From IMG/VR virus record IMGVR_UViG_3300023083_000001, positions 194,358-258,357 of that record: 64,000 nt of DNA. One strand, given 5' to 3'. Both the position numbers and the translations under genes were made by a program. Shown piece by piece: positions 41,888-52,109 of the stretch; the first letter of the stretch is position 1, and each line of letters starts with the position of its first letter. The notes beneath the pieces are model-generated. The model was not told where the DNA came from. It saw nothing but the letters and a program-made list of their open reading frames with translations, and ran no database searches.

Positions 41888-43699
41888 ATGTCCATTCCTA
41901 CTACTGCGGCTGAGATTGACAAGTATATTTTGTCACTCCCCAAAGAAAGAATTGTTGCACGTGAATGTAAGCATGCCACGTATACCACTCACCGTAATGG
42001 TGAACGGGCAGACATGCTGGTTATCAAGGAATATCTGATCCTGGATGACGGTACGCGTATTCCACGCATCCGTAATGTCGAGAATTACCAACGACCTTAT
42101 TGGGTCACCAAGCCACACTTTCGTACCCACCCAGACAAGATCCAGTTTGAAGATCTGTCACGTCTTGACATGTTCAAGTCACCGCAATGTAAGTTGCGTC
42201 AAGACATCTGCATGCGCTTAGGTCACGGTAACCCGTCGAACCCGATCAAGATGCTGGCACGTTCACCATTCTTGTACGGGCTGGATCCAGGTCCTGAAGT
42301 CTTCCTGAAACAAAGTTACATGACCAAGTGGCCTGATTCGTTTGCACCTAACCGTGTCACCGTGATCGATGCCGAGACCGATGTGAACGGCGCACTGCAC
42401 AAGAAGTTACAATTGCCGATCTGCTGGTCACTCGTCAGCGATGATGAGATTGTTCTGTATGGTAATCAGGAATGGACGTACGACATTCCCAACTACGCCG
42501 AGCAGGTGTTGGCTGAGTACAAAGAAGTCATCGGTCAATGGGTCGAGATGATCCGTGAAACGTTGAAAGAAAAGAAAGGCGAGAACAAAGGTAAGTATCC
42601 AGAGTGGGTAGACCTGATCGAGAAGATTCCGGTGCGTGTTGAAATGTTGAAGAACGACTTCGCCATTACTAAAGGCATGGTCGATCGGCTACATGAAACC
42701 CAACCCGACATCGTCACAGGCTGGAACGTATTCTTTGATGCGAAAGTCATCGAGACGTCCATCGTCAATGCCGGACAAGATCCAGCTGACGTGTTGAGTG
42801 ATCCTCGTGTTCCGTTTGAGTACCGTGGCGCATTGTTGCGAGAAGGTCAGCGTGACAAACTGACGGCGTCTGGTCGTAAGATGCAGCTCGATCCACAGGA
42901 ACGTTGGAACGTTGTGCTCAACACAGCCTCCTGGCGTATGCTCGACGCGATGCAGGTGTATTGGCAGTTGCGTAAGGCAAAGGGTAAGGAATCTGGCGGT
43001 TACGGCTTAGACGCGATTCTAGGACGTCAACTCAAAACCGGTAAGTTGAAGTACGCTACAGAAGACACCATGGTTCCACCGGGTACGCTTCACTGGCACA
43101 TGGACATGCAGAAGAACTACAAGGTCCGATACGGTGTGTACAACATCATCGACTCCTTGGGTGTATGGGTGTTGGATAAGAAGAACAACGACTTGTCTTC
43201 ACAAGTCAGTTCGTTGGCAGGCCCTGCCGACTACTCTAACTTCAACTCACAACCGCGTGTCAACGCCACCGACATGCTCTTCAGCGTCTTGAAGATGCGT
43301 AAGAAAGTGATCTGTTCGACGTCCGACCAGATGGCTGATGAGAACGACAAGCTGGTAACCGGTAAGGACGGGTGGATTATCACCTTCCCCTCACACAACG
43401 TCGTGGACTCAGGTCTGTTCTTGTTTGAGGACATGCCGAACGTTCAATCAATGATCCACATGTTCAACGCGGATGCTGACGTTGAAACGACATACCCCAC
43501 TGCTGAGATCATTCAGAACCTTTCCAAGGAGACGACAATCGCAGAACCATGCAGGGTGATGGGAGTGGGTCGAGAAGCATTGCGTCTCGCCAGTGTCAAC
43601 ATGACAGGTGGTCGAGGCAATGCCGTTGAGATCATCGAAACCATTTGCAAGATGCCCACGTTTGATCAGTGGGTAGAGTTAGCCAAAGAAAAGATGTGA
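41888..43699 (+). CDS. Family B DNA polymerase, N-terminal half: 3'-5' exonuclease plus motif A (phiKZ gp82-like)
   Basis: ExoI DAETD, ExoII GWNVFFD, ExoIII YNIID; motif A-like DADVETTYP. Confidence 0.88.
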   Translation: MSIPTTAAEIDKYILSLPKERIVARECKHATYTTHRNGERADMLVIKEYLILDDGTRIPRIRNVENYQRPYWVTKPHFRTHPDKIQFEDLSRLDMFKSPQCKLRQDICMRLGHGNPSNPIKMLARSPFLYGLDPGPEVFLKQSYMTKWPDSFAPNRVTVIDAETDVNGALHKKLQLPICWSLVSDDEIVLYGNQEWTYDIPNYAEQVLAEYKEVIGQWVEMIRETLKEKKGENKGKYPEWVDLIEKIPVRVEMLKNDFAITKGMVDRLHETQPDIVTGWNVFFDAKVIETSIVNAGQDPADVLSDPRVPFEYRGALLREGQRDKLTASGRKMQLDPQERWNVVLNTASWRMLDAMQVYWQLRKAKGKESGGYGLDAILGRQLKTGKLKYATEDTMVPPGTLHWHMDMQKNYKVRYGVYNIIDSLGVWVLDKKNNDLSSQVSSLAGPADYSNFNSQPRVNATDMLFSVLKMRKKVICSTSDQMADENDKLVTGKDGWIITFPSHNVVDSGLFLFEDMPNVQSMIHMFNADADVETTYPTAEIIQNLSKETTIAEPCRVMGVGREALRLASVNMTGGRGNAVEIIETICKMPTFDQWVELAKEKM

Positions 43700-43746
43700 C
43701 ATAAAGCCCCTACCCATGACCGGCACTCGCTAGTCATGGGTAGGGG
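43700..43746. terminator. Hairpin at a convergent junction
   Basis: CATA, then cccctacccatgac / gtcatgggtagggg (14-bp stem). Confidence 0.78.
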
Positions 43747-43756
43747 TCTATTACGT

Positions 43757-46690
43757 TTACGTACTGGCGTGACGCTTGAAGTTCACTTCGATCGAGTCGA
43801 TCACCGCGAAGGTTCCGTCTGGTTGATTCAACAACGATTTTGCAATGCAGAACCGTGAGGATTCATCCAGGATGGTAACCACGTTGTAATCGTTCTCAGG
43901 ACCACCCAGGCCGGACAGATGGATGCTGACGATGTCAGTACCCGCCTTGGCACGGATAGCGCTCTCGAGCGTGTTACGGGAGATCACGGTAGCATCCAGA
44001 CCAGCCACTGCTTCTGCAATAGCCGTAGCCTCGAGAGACTTACGGATGTCGTTATCACCGTACACTTCTTTGCTGACGTAGAAATCAATCGTCAACGATT
44101 GCGCCGTATGCAGCGTCTTCAGTTCGCTGTCCTCAACCAGACAGTCAACAAACTTCAACGTGTTACGCGGTTGGAAGTACAGATCGGTACGTTCGATGAG
44201 ATTCTCACGCACAGCGCCTAAGGTCTCGTTGATCCAGGTCACCAGGATCTTCGGTGCTTCAGCAGTGTAGGTCGAATCATTGATGTCCGTCGCGTAACGA
44301 TAGACCGCATCGAAGAGCACCACGTCCCACCAACGAATGATGTTACGCTCTGATTCCATGATCGGATTGCCGTTCTCATCGAGGACAGCTTCACCGGCCC
44401 TATGCCGCATTTCCTGCACACCGTCCGCATTGAGGACAGGATCGCCCTTAGCGAATTTGACCTTGAGGTGTTTGTCGGCACCCGTACCTTCGATGATCAC
44501 CTGGTTGTTAGCGTCAGTGGCGTAAACGTTCTGCAAGTAGAACTTGGGAACATCCACTTGATAGGTCAGATACTTTCTCAGACCGATCATGCTGCGAGCA
44601 CGAGCCCACAGACCTGACATCTCATCACCCAGCACCACCGAGATGGTTTCGTGGTACACGCCAATCGATCCATCAGGCAACAGGAACTTACCCACTGCAT
44701 CATCCACCGGCATTTTAGTAGCACCGACGACAGTGTAGTCACTCACCGACCAGATCAAATGGAAATCTTGATGCAGGACGGTAGGGTAAGCTCGTTCGAT
44801 AGGTTCGTACATGCTGAAGTTGGTCAGGGTCAACAAGTGATCCTTGGTGATGTCCCATCTCGTGCTCAGCTTGAACTCAAACCAACGTTCGCCATCGGAG
44901 CCTTTGGTGATCTGCACACCGTTGATGTACGCAAGGTCGCTTTCGCCATCGGGGTAGTACGCCAACTGCACATGCACCTGATCGTCACGCAGCGCTTGCC
45001 AAGCGGCATTGGAGCTACTCTTGATCTGGATCACGTAACCATCTTCATTACGAGTAATTGTTTCACTCGTACTGGAACTGATGGTCAGCCCCAAGGTGTC
45101 GTTACTGGCCATGTAGGACGTAACGTCTAACGTTGGTGCGTTGAGGAAGTAAGGACGTGCATGGAACTCGTTCTCACCAATGTCCAACACGTAATGCAGC
45201 GGCGTGTACAGGTAAGTGCCATCGCTGATGGTGTTCACCTTGGCATCACCTGTCAACAACTCGAGCGCACGACGATCAGCGTCTGAAACAATCTTCAAGA
45301 CCCCGTCAGTGTTGCGATACAAAGTCTGAGGTGTCACGGTAAACCGTGTGCCGTTGTCAATGACCGTGTCCATGTTCACGATGTCACTGATTGCAGTCTT
45401 CATCGTGATAACAGCCGAGTCGATCCCGGTGCTAGCCTGACCCGCTGGGTTGGACGGCATTGCACGTGTCGCCAGGTACGTACGGTTGGTCACGTCATCG
45501 ATGTTCATGATCACATCGAAACCCAGTTCGGCTAACTGAGTCCCCATCTGAGCATCACTGATCGGCAAGACCGAATCGCCAACCGAGTTGGTGAGTACAC
45601 GTTGACGACGTTCTTCAAACGACGGCGCAGCTGCACCACCTGTCACGATATCCGTGGAGAAGATGCTAACAGTAGCCATCACGGTCAGAGGTGCGTAGTA
45701 GATCGCGTTGTCGTCTTCATCCAGGTCGCGCCATGTGGCGACGTAGTTGGTCGGCTCCAGACCCGAGAGCGACAGGTTCATCGGTCCCTTGGTAGTGTAG
45801 ACATCCACCCGGATATCACGCGTAGTCAGATCGGTTGCGTAATACACATAGGGCAGTTCAATCGTTAACTCACCATCTATGACCTTATACAGCAAGGTTG
45901 GATCGGTAGGGTCGAATACTTGTTGGCTGCGAGTGGTCTTGATCTCAGACCACAGCCCTGACGACAAACGGCTGAACGCACGAACGTAATAGAAGTCATC
46001 GGTCAACGTCAACACTTTCTTCAGCGACTTCGAGGCGCTCAAGCTGTACTGGTAAGACGTCAGGAGCATCTGTTTAAGGAACACCCTCAAACGCACCATA
46101 ACGACGTGTCCGCCGTTATTATCGGTGATGCCAGTCGTTACCAGACTCCAATCGACTTTGTTCCCACGCAGCGTTTGCAGAGGCGACAACTGACTGCCGT
46201 CATACACGACATCAATAGCACCGTGCGTCTTGACCAGGAAGTTAATCGGATACTGAAAGGTAAAGGCTGCATTGTTGACCACGATCTGCGTGTGTTTAGG
46301 GATGGTCAGTTTCTTGGTCCCAGTCGTCCCCACACGCACAGCGTTCTGCAAGATCTCGTCACGAGAGATGTAGATGTCAAACCACGTCCCGGCAGGCGTT
46401 GCAAACATCCCCTCGTAATCTTTGTCGGACAAGTGATAGTAAAGATCATCATCTTCCACCGCCATGACTGAATACTGACGGGTGTTCAGAATCTCATCGC
46501 GCTGTACAGCGCCTGCGGTCATCAACACAGAGGCTTCGATCAAGTGAGGGAAAGGCATCGATGGATCGACCATCAACACTTCACCATCAAACGCAGCTTC
46601 CAGGTTTTCCATCATCAAGCTGTTGAGCCGAGTAGGCTCGTAACGGATCTCAGCCATGGCAGCCAAAAGCTGAGTAGAAGTAATTGTCAT
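43757..46690 (-). CDS. Baseplate wedge protein, T4 gp6/baseplate-J-like (phiKZ gp87-like)
   Basis: 977 aa; TGGAAAPSFEERRQRVL matches the baseplate-J GG.D.E..E..R.R pattern. Confidence 0.72.
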   Translation of the reverse strand: MTITSTQLLAAMAEIRYEPTRLNSLMMENLEAAFDGEVLMVDPSMPFPHLIEASVLMTAGAVQRDEILNTRQYSVMAVEDDDLYYHLSDKDYEGMFATPAGTWFDIYISRDEILQNAVRVGTTGTKKLTIPKHTQIVVNNAAFTFQYPINFLVKTHGAIDVVYDGSQLSPLQTLRGNKVDWSLVTTGITDNNGGHVVMVRLRVFLKQMLLTSYQYSLSASKSLKKVLTLTDDFYYVRAFSRLSSGLWSEIKTTRSQQVFDPTDPTLLYKVIDGELTIELPYVYYATDLTTRDIRVDVYTTKGPMNLSLSGLEPTNYVATWRDLDEDDNAIYYAPLTVMATVSIFSTDIVTGGAAAPSFEERRQRVLTNSVGDSVLPISDAQMGTQLAELGFDVIMNIDDVTNRTYLATRAMPSNPAGQASTGIDSAVITMKTAISDIVNMDTVIDNGTRFTVTPQTLYRNTDGVLKIVSDADRRALELLTGDAKVNTISDGTYLYTPLHYVLDIGENEFHARPYFLNAPTLDVTSYMASNDTLGLTISSSTSETITRNEDGYVIQIKSSSNAAWQALRDDQVHVQLAYYPDGESDLAYINGVQITKGSDGERWFEFKLSTRWDITKDHLLTLTNFSMYEPIERAYPTVLHQDFHLIWSVSDYTVVGATKMPVDDAVGKFLLPDGSIGVYHETISVVLGDEMSGLWARARSMIGLRKYLTYQVDVPKFYLQNVYATDANNQVIIEGTGADKHLKVKFAKGDPVLNADGVQEMRHRAGEAVLDENGNPIMESERNIIRWWDVVLFDAVYRYATDINDSTYTAEAPKILVTWINETLGAVRENLIERTDLYFQPRNTLKFVDCLVEDSELKTLHTAQSLTIDFYVSKEVYGDNDIRKSLEATAIAEAVAGLDATVISRNTLESAIRAKAGTDIVSIHLSGLGGPENDYNVVTILDESSRFCIAKSLLNQPDGTFAVIDSIEVNFKRHAST

Positions 46691-46702
46691 TTCAAATCCC
46701 CA

Positions 46703-47779
46703 TCAAAGACCTTTGATCAAACGCGCGTAGTCATCATTAGCAACCCACCACTCCAACTCCATCGTCCCAAGGTTGATCCAAGGGTAACCGTTGTAGTTAG
46801 TGGCAGCGAGGAAACGACGTTCTACTTTCGTGAAGCTGCTTTGCCGTTTAGTGTCAGACATGTTCGCGTTGTAAGACTGGATCCGCATGTTGAATTCAAG
46901 CAATTGGATCGGGTCGTTATACACGGCACCGACCGAGGCGAACTGCACGGAGATCTGTTTGTTCTCAAACTCGAATGCATCTTCACGGTTAAAGCCAAAT
47001 CCTGCACCGATGGACAGGTTCTGCGGAACACTGGCGCCTGTGTGGAACCACTGCTCGATGTACCGGCCACTGATATCAAACTTGTAACGTTCAATGCGCG
47101 TGTTGAAATCCATCTCATCACGAGCACGTTGAAGTGGATGTGGGATACACGGACCTACACGCAATGCACCCATGTAAATGATCCAGGTGTGCAGCAATGC
47201 AAGAACCACGTTACCTTTAATGTTGTTGAACACGCACGTTACATCGTACCGGCCGTTGTACTCGGCAATCGAGTCCGGCATGATCCACACTTCTTTGGCA
47301 GCACCTTCTGGACTGCTGTAGATGTTCAATCCAATGTCAGGCGGGTTGCTCATGCTAACAATGGTGTTAGAGAGCAGCGCTATATAAGGGAAGTTGCGAT
47401 CCACCAGCGGAGTCGGTTTTGCGATCTTGTAGGTGGTCGGATCAAGCATCATCCTGACAGCGTATTGATAGGTGAATGGATCCTGCGTCATCAATGCGGC
47501 CAACTGCCGCACCGTGGCAATGTTATCGTATGACAAATTGAGATTTGGCCTTGTGAACAACACAAGTCCTTGCATCTCTCTGTGCAAAGGCAAAGGAGCC
47601 ATATTTGGCAGACGATTAAGCCCGTAAAGCACATCGGCGTATCGGCTGTATTCGGCGCCACTGCCCATCGTACGGGCGACGTTGTCCATCAACTCGTAGG
47701 CATCATCAAGACCACCAGATTGCGCCACGTGGTTCAAGATACTGGCGTAGGCATCGCCAAAGTCGGTTGCAGCTCCCAT
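46703..47779 (-). CDS. Tail-tube-fold baseplate protein (T4 gp48/54-like; gp88-like)
   Basis: About 358 aa; GAGG SD; DSIAEYNGRYDVTCVFNN...LLHTW tube-like pattern. Confidence 0.55.
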   Translation of the reverse strand: MGAATDFGDAYASILNHVAQSGGLDDAYELMDNVARTMGSGAEYSRYADVLYGLNRLPNMAPLPLHREMQGLVLFTRPNLNLSYDNIATVRQLAALMTQDPFTYQYAVRMMLDPTTYKIAKPTPLVDRNFPYIALLSNTIVSMSNPPDIGLNIYSSPEGAAKEVWIMPDSIAEYNGRYDVTCVFNNIKGNVVLALLHTWIIYMGALRVGPCIPHPLQRARDEMDFNTRIERYKFDISGRYIEQWFHTGASVPQNLSIGAGFGFNREDAFEFENKQISVQFASVGAVYNDPIQLLEFNMRIQSYNANMSDTKRQSSFTKVERRFLAATNYNGYPWINLGTMELEWWVANDDYARLIKGL

Positions 47780-47905
47780 AACCAATCCTCAATCGTTGTA
47801 GATAAAGTTTCTATGAATCGTGATCGTTGGTCACGGTTTAACCATTAACGTTTCAATCGAGTAACTGGTCTTTCAATTAATTATAGAAGACCTTAGGAGA
47901 ACCCA

Positions 47906-49171
47906 ATGAGTATTGCAGGTGTGTTTCAAGCGGTTGGGGCGGGTGTAAGATCGGCTGCGGCGATGAAGGGTACTGAATACGTTGCCGGGGCTGTCGCTGG
48001 CGCCCTTACCGCTACCGCAGTCGGTACCACGCTTAACAAAGCTATTTCAGCCGTCGTTCGCGCTATGCAAGCAGGCGCTGGTCAAAACTTGGTTTCCAAA
48101 AGTGCAGGTGTTCGGGTTGAACCTTTTGTACTGGTCGACTCCCGTGCCGTGCGCCTTCCGTACATCAAAGACGTACTGAACGTCAACCAACGTCTGTTCA
48201 CCGCTTACTACATGCTGGGCGTGAGTTCCGAGAACAAGATCGGTTCGATCAAAGTTGCCAAACGTCTGGACAACTTTGCACCTGACCGCAATCTGCTCGA
48301 CGCAACCGCTTCGTTTCTGACTGCTGGGGCGGACATGCAATCGTCGACGGCATCGTTCCTTTCTACCGAGTCATATCACTTCGGCCTCCCATTCGTTGGC
48401 GAAGCGGCTGGCTTGCACCGTTATGCTGGTTACACAACTGAAGCTAACAACCCGGTTGTTGCCATCAGAACCCCACAAGCCTCTGGCGCTAGCGTCAATG
48501 GTGGTGGTGCTGCGAAGATCATCCAGGACGTCGGCAACTTGGCGATTGGTCAGATCGTTGACGTACAGATCCAAGACGGCGGTGCCACTGGCACTGTGCA
48601 AGTGATGATCCGTCTGCGTGTGATGGGTATTGATCCAGTAGCGATCGCTGGTATCTTGGCGTTGGGTGGTAACGACAACGGTATCTCGGCGCGCCTGCGT
48701 AAGTTCCGCGTCGGTGAACTCACCATGTGGAATGACCTGGTCATGCAACAGGACCGTATCGACGAATACCGTCGTACCGTCTTCGCTGACAAGTCGGGTT
48801 ACTTCCGCAAAGCTCACGCTCGCAAGAACAAATCTCTGTTGGCTACCTTGCTGACTGGTACTCCGTCGGTGGCTGAAGCGACCTCGATCGCGATCATCAC
48901 CAAAGAAACCCAGCTGGAAACCGAAGACCGGATGAATGGTCGTTTCAGCGACTTCGCCACGCGTCAACGCATGTTCGAAGACTCGTTGCTTATGCTGTTG
49001 ACCGTGATCGATGCTGACATGGAAACGGTGACGATCTACACCCGCGACATCGAGGATTACGCTACCCACACCATTAAAGATCTGAAAGGTCCTGGTGCGG
49101 CTAATAGCAATGGTGATCTTGCTGACATCATGAAGTCCTACCTCGAAGGCCGCGTACCGGGCCGTCTGTAA
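47906..49171 (+). CDS. Major internal head/inner-body protein (phiKZ gp89-like)
   Basis: 421 aa; RVEPFVLVD, STE site, WNDLVMQQDRIDE. Confidence 0.72.
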   Translation: MSIAGVFQAVGAGVRSAAAMKGTEYVAGAVAGALTATAVGTTLNKAISAVVRAMQAGAGQNLVSKSAGVRVEPFVLVDSRAVRLPYIKDVLNVNQRLFTAYYMLGVSSENKIGSIKVAKRLDNFAPDRNLLDATASFLTAGADMQSSTASFLSTESYHFGLPFVGEAAGLHRYAGYTTEANNPVVAIRTPQASGASVNGGGAAKIIQDVGNLAIGQIVDVQIQDGGATGTVQVMIRLRVMGIDPVAIAGILALGGNDNGISARLRKFRVGELTMWNDLVMQQDRIDEYRRTVFADKSGYFRKAHARKNKSLLATLLTGTPSVAEATSIAIITKETQLETEDRMNGRFSDFATRQRMFEDSLLMLLTVIDADMETVTIYTRDIEDYATHTIKDLKGPGAANSNGDLADIMKSYLEGRVPGRL

Positions 49172-49202
49172 TTCCAACATCTGTTTAGTGAGAAATAGTC
49201 CA

Positions 49203-50105
49203 ATGGATATCGCCGCATTCATCCGCAACCTCCTCCCGACGTTTGGGAAGAAAGATGTACGGGAAAAGCTTCGCATCATTTCCCGGAAGATCTCTGACAT
49301 CGTCCAGCCTTGCCTGGAGTTGTTCCTGACCTCGATCGATGAGAAGTCATTGGTATCGGCGTACGGGATCAAGTTCAAGCGTGACTTGCTCGCGATCCTT
49401 CCTCCTCGCCTGCGTAACGTGGACAAGCCTTACGGCATGGTCCTGACCGCAGCGATGTCGAACGCCAGTAAGCTGGTCGACTTGCTCGAGACCTACATCA
49501 CCAAGAACTTGAGTGAGACCATCAACATCGAAGGCATGACCTATCAAAAGGCATCCGTCATTCGGTTGATTGAATTGCTCGACTTCACGGTCGATTACGC
49601 CGGACGGCAACTGGCGTACCTGGTCGCTTCGGAAACCAACGTGGTCGCTTTCGAACGTCCTGATGGTAAGCCGTACACCCAGGCTGAAATGAACTACATT
49701 CTGAACAACCAAGCAACCTACTTCAGGATGCTGGATCTGCTCAACGGCGATCCAAAGAAAACGTTCTCGACGATTGAAAGTATTCCTGAGATCGTGATGG
49801 GCGACATGGCCATCGGCGAAGTTCCAGCGTTGGCAGGTGCTTCGGCTGACCCTTTGCTGCTGGGTGCCATTCCTGGCATCTCCAACATCTTCCATTGGGT
49901 CGGCATCCGCGTCGTTGACTACGAAGTCGAACGCTACGAATGTGCCTTGAAACAAAAGCGTGATATCGAGCTGCGTCTGGAGTCGCTGAAACAGCGCCGT
50001 CTGGGTAACCTCGACGCACAGACCGAGTCGATCATCGAAGGCTACGAACGTGAGCTGACTCTGTCACGTGCCAAGATCGCTCGCTTTGAGGAGAAAGCCC
50101 GATGA
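49203..50105 (+). CDS. Internal head/inner-body protein (phiKZ gp90-like)
   Basis: FIRNLLPTFGK N-terminus; C-terminal coiled coil. Confidence 0.72.
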   Translation: MDIAAFIRNLLPTFGKKDVREKLRIISRKISDIVQPCLELFLTSIDEKSLVSAYGIKFKRDLLAILPPRLRNVDKPYGMVLTAAMSNASKLVDLLETYITKNLSETINIEGMTYQKASVIRLIELLDFTVDYAGRQLAYLVASETNVVAFERPDGKPYTQAEMNYILNNQATYFRMLDLLNGDPKKTFSTIESIPEIVMGDMAIGEVPALAGASADPLLLGAIPGISNIFHWVGIRVVDYEVERYECALKQKRDIELRLESLKQRRLGNLDAQTESIIEGYERELTLSRAKIARFEEKAR

Positions 50106-50614
50106 GACTCGTCTATACGCACCGTGGGTTTCCCACTGCGATGGACGTGACGTCGGGTGTGGAGAGCATTTACGAGTCTCCCGCCATCAGCGACATCTAC
50201 CGCCGTCGTATGGAGCAGAACCGGCCTGACGTAGCCCTGGAGCTTGTTCAGATAGCTACTATGACCAAAGAGTGGCAAGCGACGCGAGGGTTCTTTGTAC
50301 CCTCGCTGAGTCCAAGTGTTCGCATCAGTGGTGCGGTGGCTTCCTTCATTGGCGAGACCGCTCTCTATCTGACGAAACAGATCACCCGCCGTCGTGTCTC
50401 GTTTCAAGACCGTGGGTTGATGATCAAAGCCGATGCATTGGTTGATGCGCGTCTTCCTAACTTCAGTAAAGAAGAACGTGCGGCAATCGAAGAGCTTTCG
50501 TTTCTGAGCACTGAAGAAATCATCCAAATGTGGGTGGTGAACCTGGGTGTTGATGATCTCTCGCAAACCCTCCAGTTGTATGTAGGTGATCGCAGCAACG
50601 CTGCCGCCTCGTAA
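50102..50614 (+). CDS. Head-associated protein (gp91-like position)
   Basis: 170 aa; ATGA overlap. Confidence 0.65.
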   Translation: MRLVYTHRGFPTAMDVTSGVESIYESPAISDIYRRRMEQNRPDVALELVQIATMTKEWQATRGFFVPSLSPSVRISGAVASFIGETALYLTKQITRRRVSFQDRGLMIKADALVDARLPNFSKEERAAIEELSFLSTEEIIQMWVVNLGVDDLSQTLQLYVGDRSNAAAS

Positions 50615-50676
50615 TACTGTGCGTATACGCCGTCGGCTTGCATACCGACGTAATTTTCCTAGGAGTTTTAAACGTT

Positions 50677-52002
50677 ATGAGCAATTCCACTCTCGCAGCA
50701 TCCCTTCGCCAATACGCTATCGAAGCTGGCGAAATCGGTGAAGATCCGATCAAAGATGATCCGTCCCTGATCGGCGCTGAAGAAATCACCATCGTCACCG
50801 ACAACACCCAAACCGAACTCGAAGAAGCTCTGGAAGAAACTTCCGAGAAAGTTGAGCGTCTGGAAGACAACGGCGCCGGCGCTGAAAAGATCATGGACGC
50901 TGTTGAGTCCCTGGAATCGTACGTTTCTGCGATCCTGGCCAACCGCGAAGCTGGCGTTCCTCTGAACGGCCCAGCCATGCAATACCTGAACATGGGCCTG
51001 ACCGCCTCCCTCGAAGCCCGCGACATTCCTCGCGAAATCTTCGAAGCTGACGTGCTGGCTCTGCACACTTCCTTCGAGTCCAACTCGAGCGAAGACTACA
51101 GCACTGAAGCTGAAGAAAAGGCCAAAGGTCTGCTGGCTCGCCTGTGGTCCATGCTCAAGGCCGCCGTCTCCGCCATGGCGACCGCGTTCAAAGAGTTCTT
51201 CACCACCATGGGCAAAAACGCCAGCGCTATCAAAGCCGCCGGTGCCAAGCTCAAGCGTGTTGGCGGTTCGATCAAAGGCGAAGTCAAAGAAGGCAAAGTC
51301 TCTGTCGGCAAGAACTCCCGTCTGGGTGAAGGCGCTTCGATCAATCCAGGTAAAGCACTGGACGATCTGAAAGCTCATTACACCACCGACGTGCTCGGCA
51401 TCACCAAGCAGATCCGCGCTACCCTGGGCGACCTGTCCACCGTGCTGGCTGATCCAACTCCTGCCAAGATCGAAGCGTGGGAAGCGTCTGCCGCTGGTAA
51501 AGCTCCTTCGAGCAAAACCGTCGTGCTGCCAGGCGCTTACTCGCTGAAGTACGTGGCCGGCGTTGGTTCGGGCTTCGAAGCTCTGTCCAAAGCAACCTTC
51601 TCGGTTGTCGGCTCGGCTAACGCCAATGCCGCTGGTCAGATGGATCCGCTGACTCCTGCTGAAATCACCGCACTGGGCGGCAAGATCGAAGCGATCGGCA
51701 CTCTGATGGAAACTGCTGCCAAAGAAGTTGACACCATCGTCAAGGCTAACGACGCTCTGCTGGCTAACGCCGACAAAGCTGTTACCAAGGCTGCTGGTGG
51801 CACTCCTGAGCAGGTGGCTGCTGCGCGTAAAGCTCTGACCTCGGCTCGTTTCGCGATCGTTGCGAACAAAGGCGTGATCCCTGCTTACCTGCGTCACGTT
51901 GGCGCTGCTGCCAAAGAAGCTTACGGCGTTGGCATGGCCTCCGCTCGCAAGTACGGCGCTGTAGCCGCTGCCGCTGCTCCTGCTGCCGCTGCTACTGCCT
52001 AA
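50677..52002 (+). CDS. phiKZ-type internal head protein (gp93 family)
   Basis: Acidic propeptide with SLE/SFE/STE sites, then KGLLARLWSMLK amphipathic helix; Ala-rich; very strong codon bias. Confidence 0.82.
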   Translation: MSNSTLAASLRQYAIEAGEIGEDPIKDDPSLIGAEEITIVTDNTQTELEEALEETSEKVERLEDNGAGAEKIMDAVESLESYVSAILANREAGVPLNGPAMQYLNMGLTASLEARDIPREIFEADVLALHTSFESNSSEDYSTEAEEKAKGLLARLWSMLKAAVSAMATAFKEFFTTMGKNASAIKAAGAKLKRVGGSIKGEVKEGKVSVGKNSRLGEGASINPGKALDDLKAHYTTDVLGITKQIRATLGDLSTVLADPTPAKIEAWEASAAGKAPSSKTVVLPGAYSLKYVAGVGSGFEALSKATFSVVGSANANAAGQMDPLTPAEITALGGKIEAIGTLMETAAKEVDTIVKANDALLANADKAVTKAAGGTPEQVAAARKALTSARFAIVANKGVIPAYLRHVGAAAKEAYGVGMASARKYGAVAAAAAPAAAATA

Positions 52003-52023
52003 CGGTAGTTGCAACTGATTGAA

Positions 52024-52054
52024 CATATAGGCCGGGCTTGTCCCGGCTTATATG
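52024..52054. repeat. CATA-stem-TATG hairpin-family member
   Basis: catataggccggg-cttgt-cccggcttatatg. Confidence 0.8.
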
Positions 52055-52109
52055 CTGCTAGCGACTTTATCCTATGACCTAATAACCCTACAGCACAAAG
52101 GCGGCTTGT

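Noticed and set aside
50668-52026. 452-aa antisense ORF (also 19930-21138, 48371-49426, 61395-62528, 46544-47533)
   Set aside because: Each lies entirely opposite a well-supported gene; no motifs or initiation signals.
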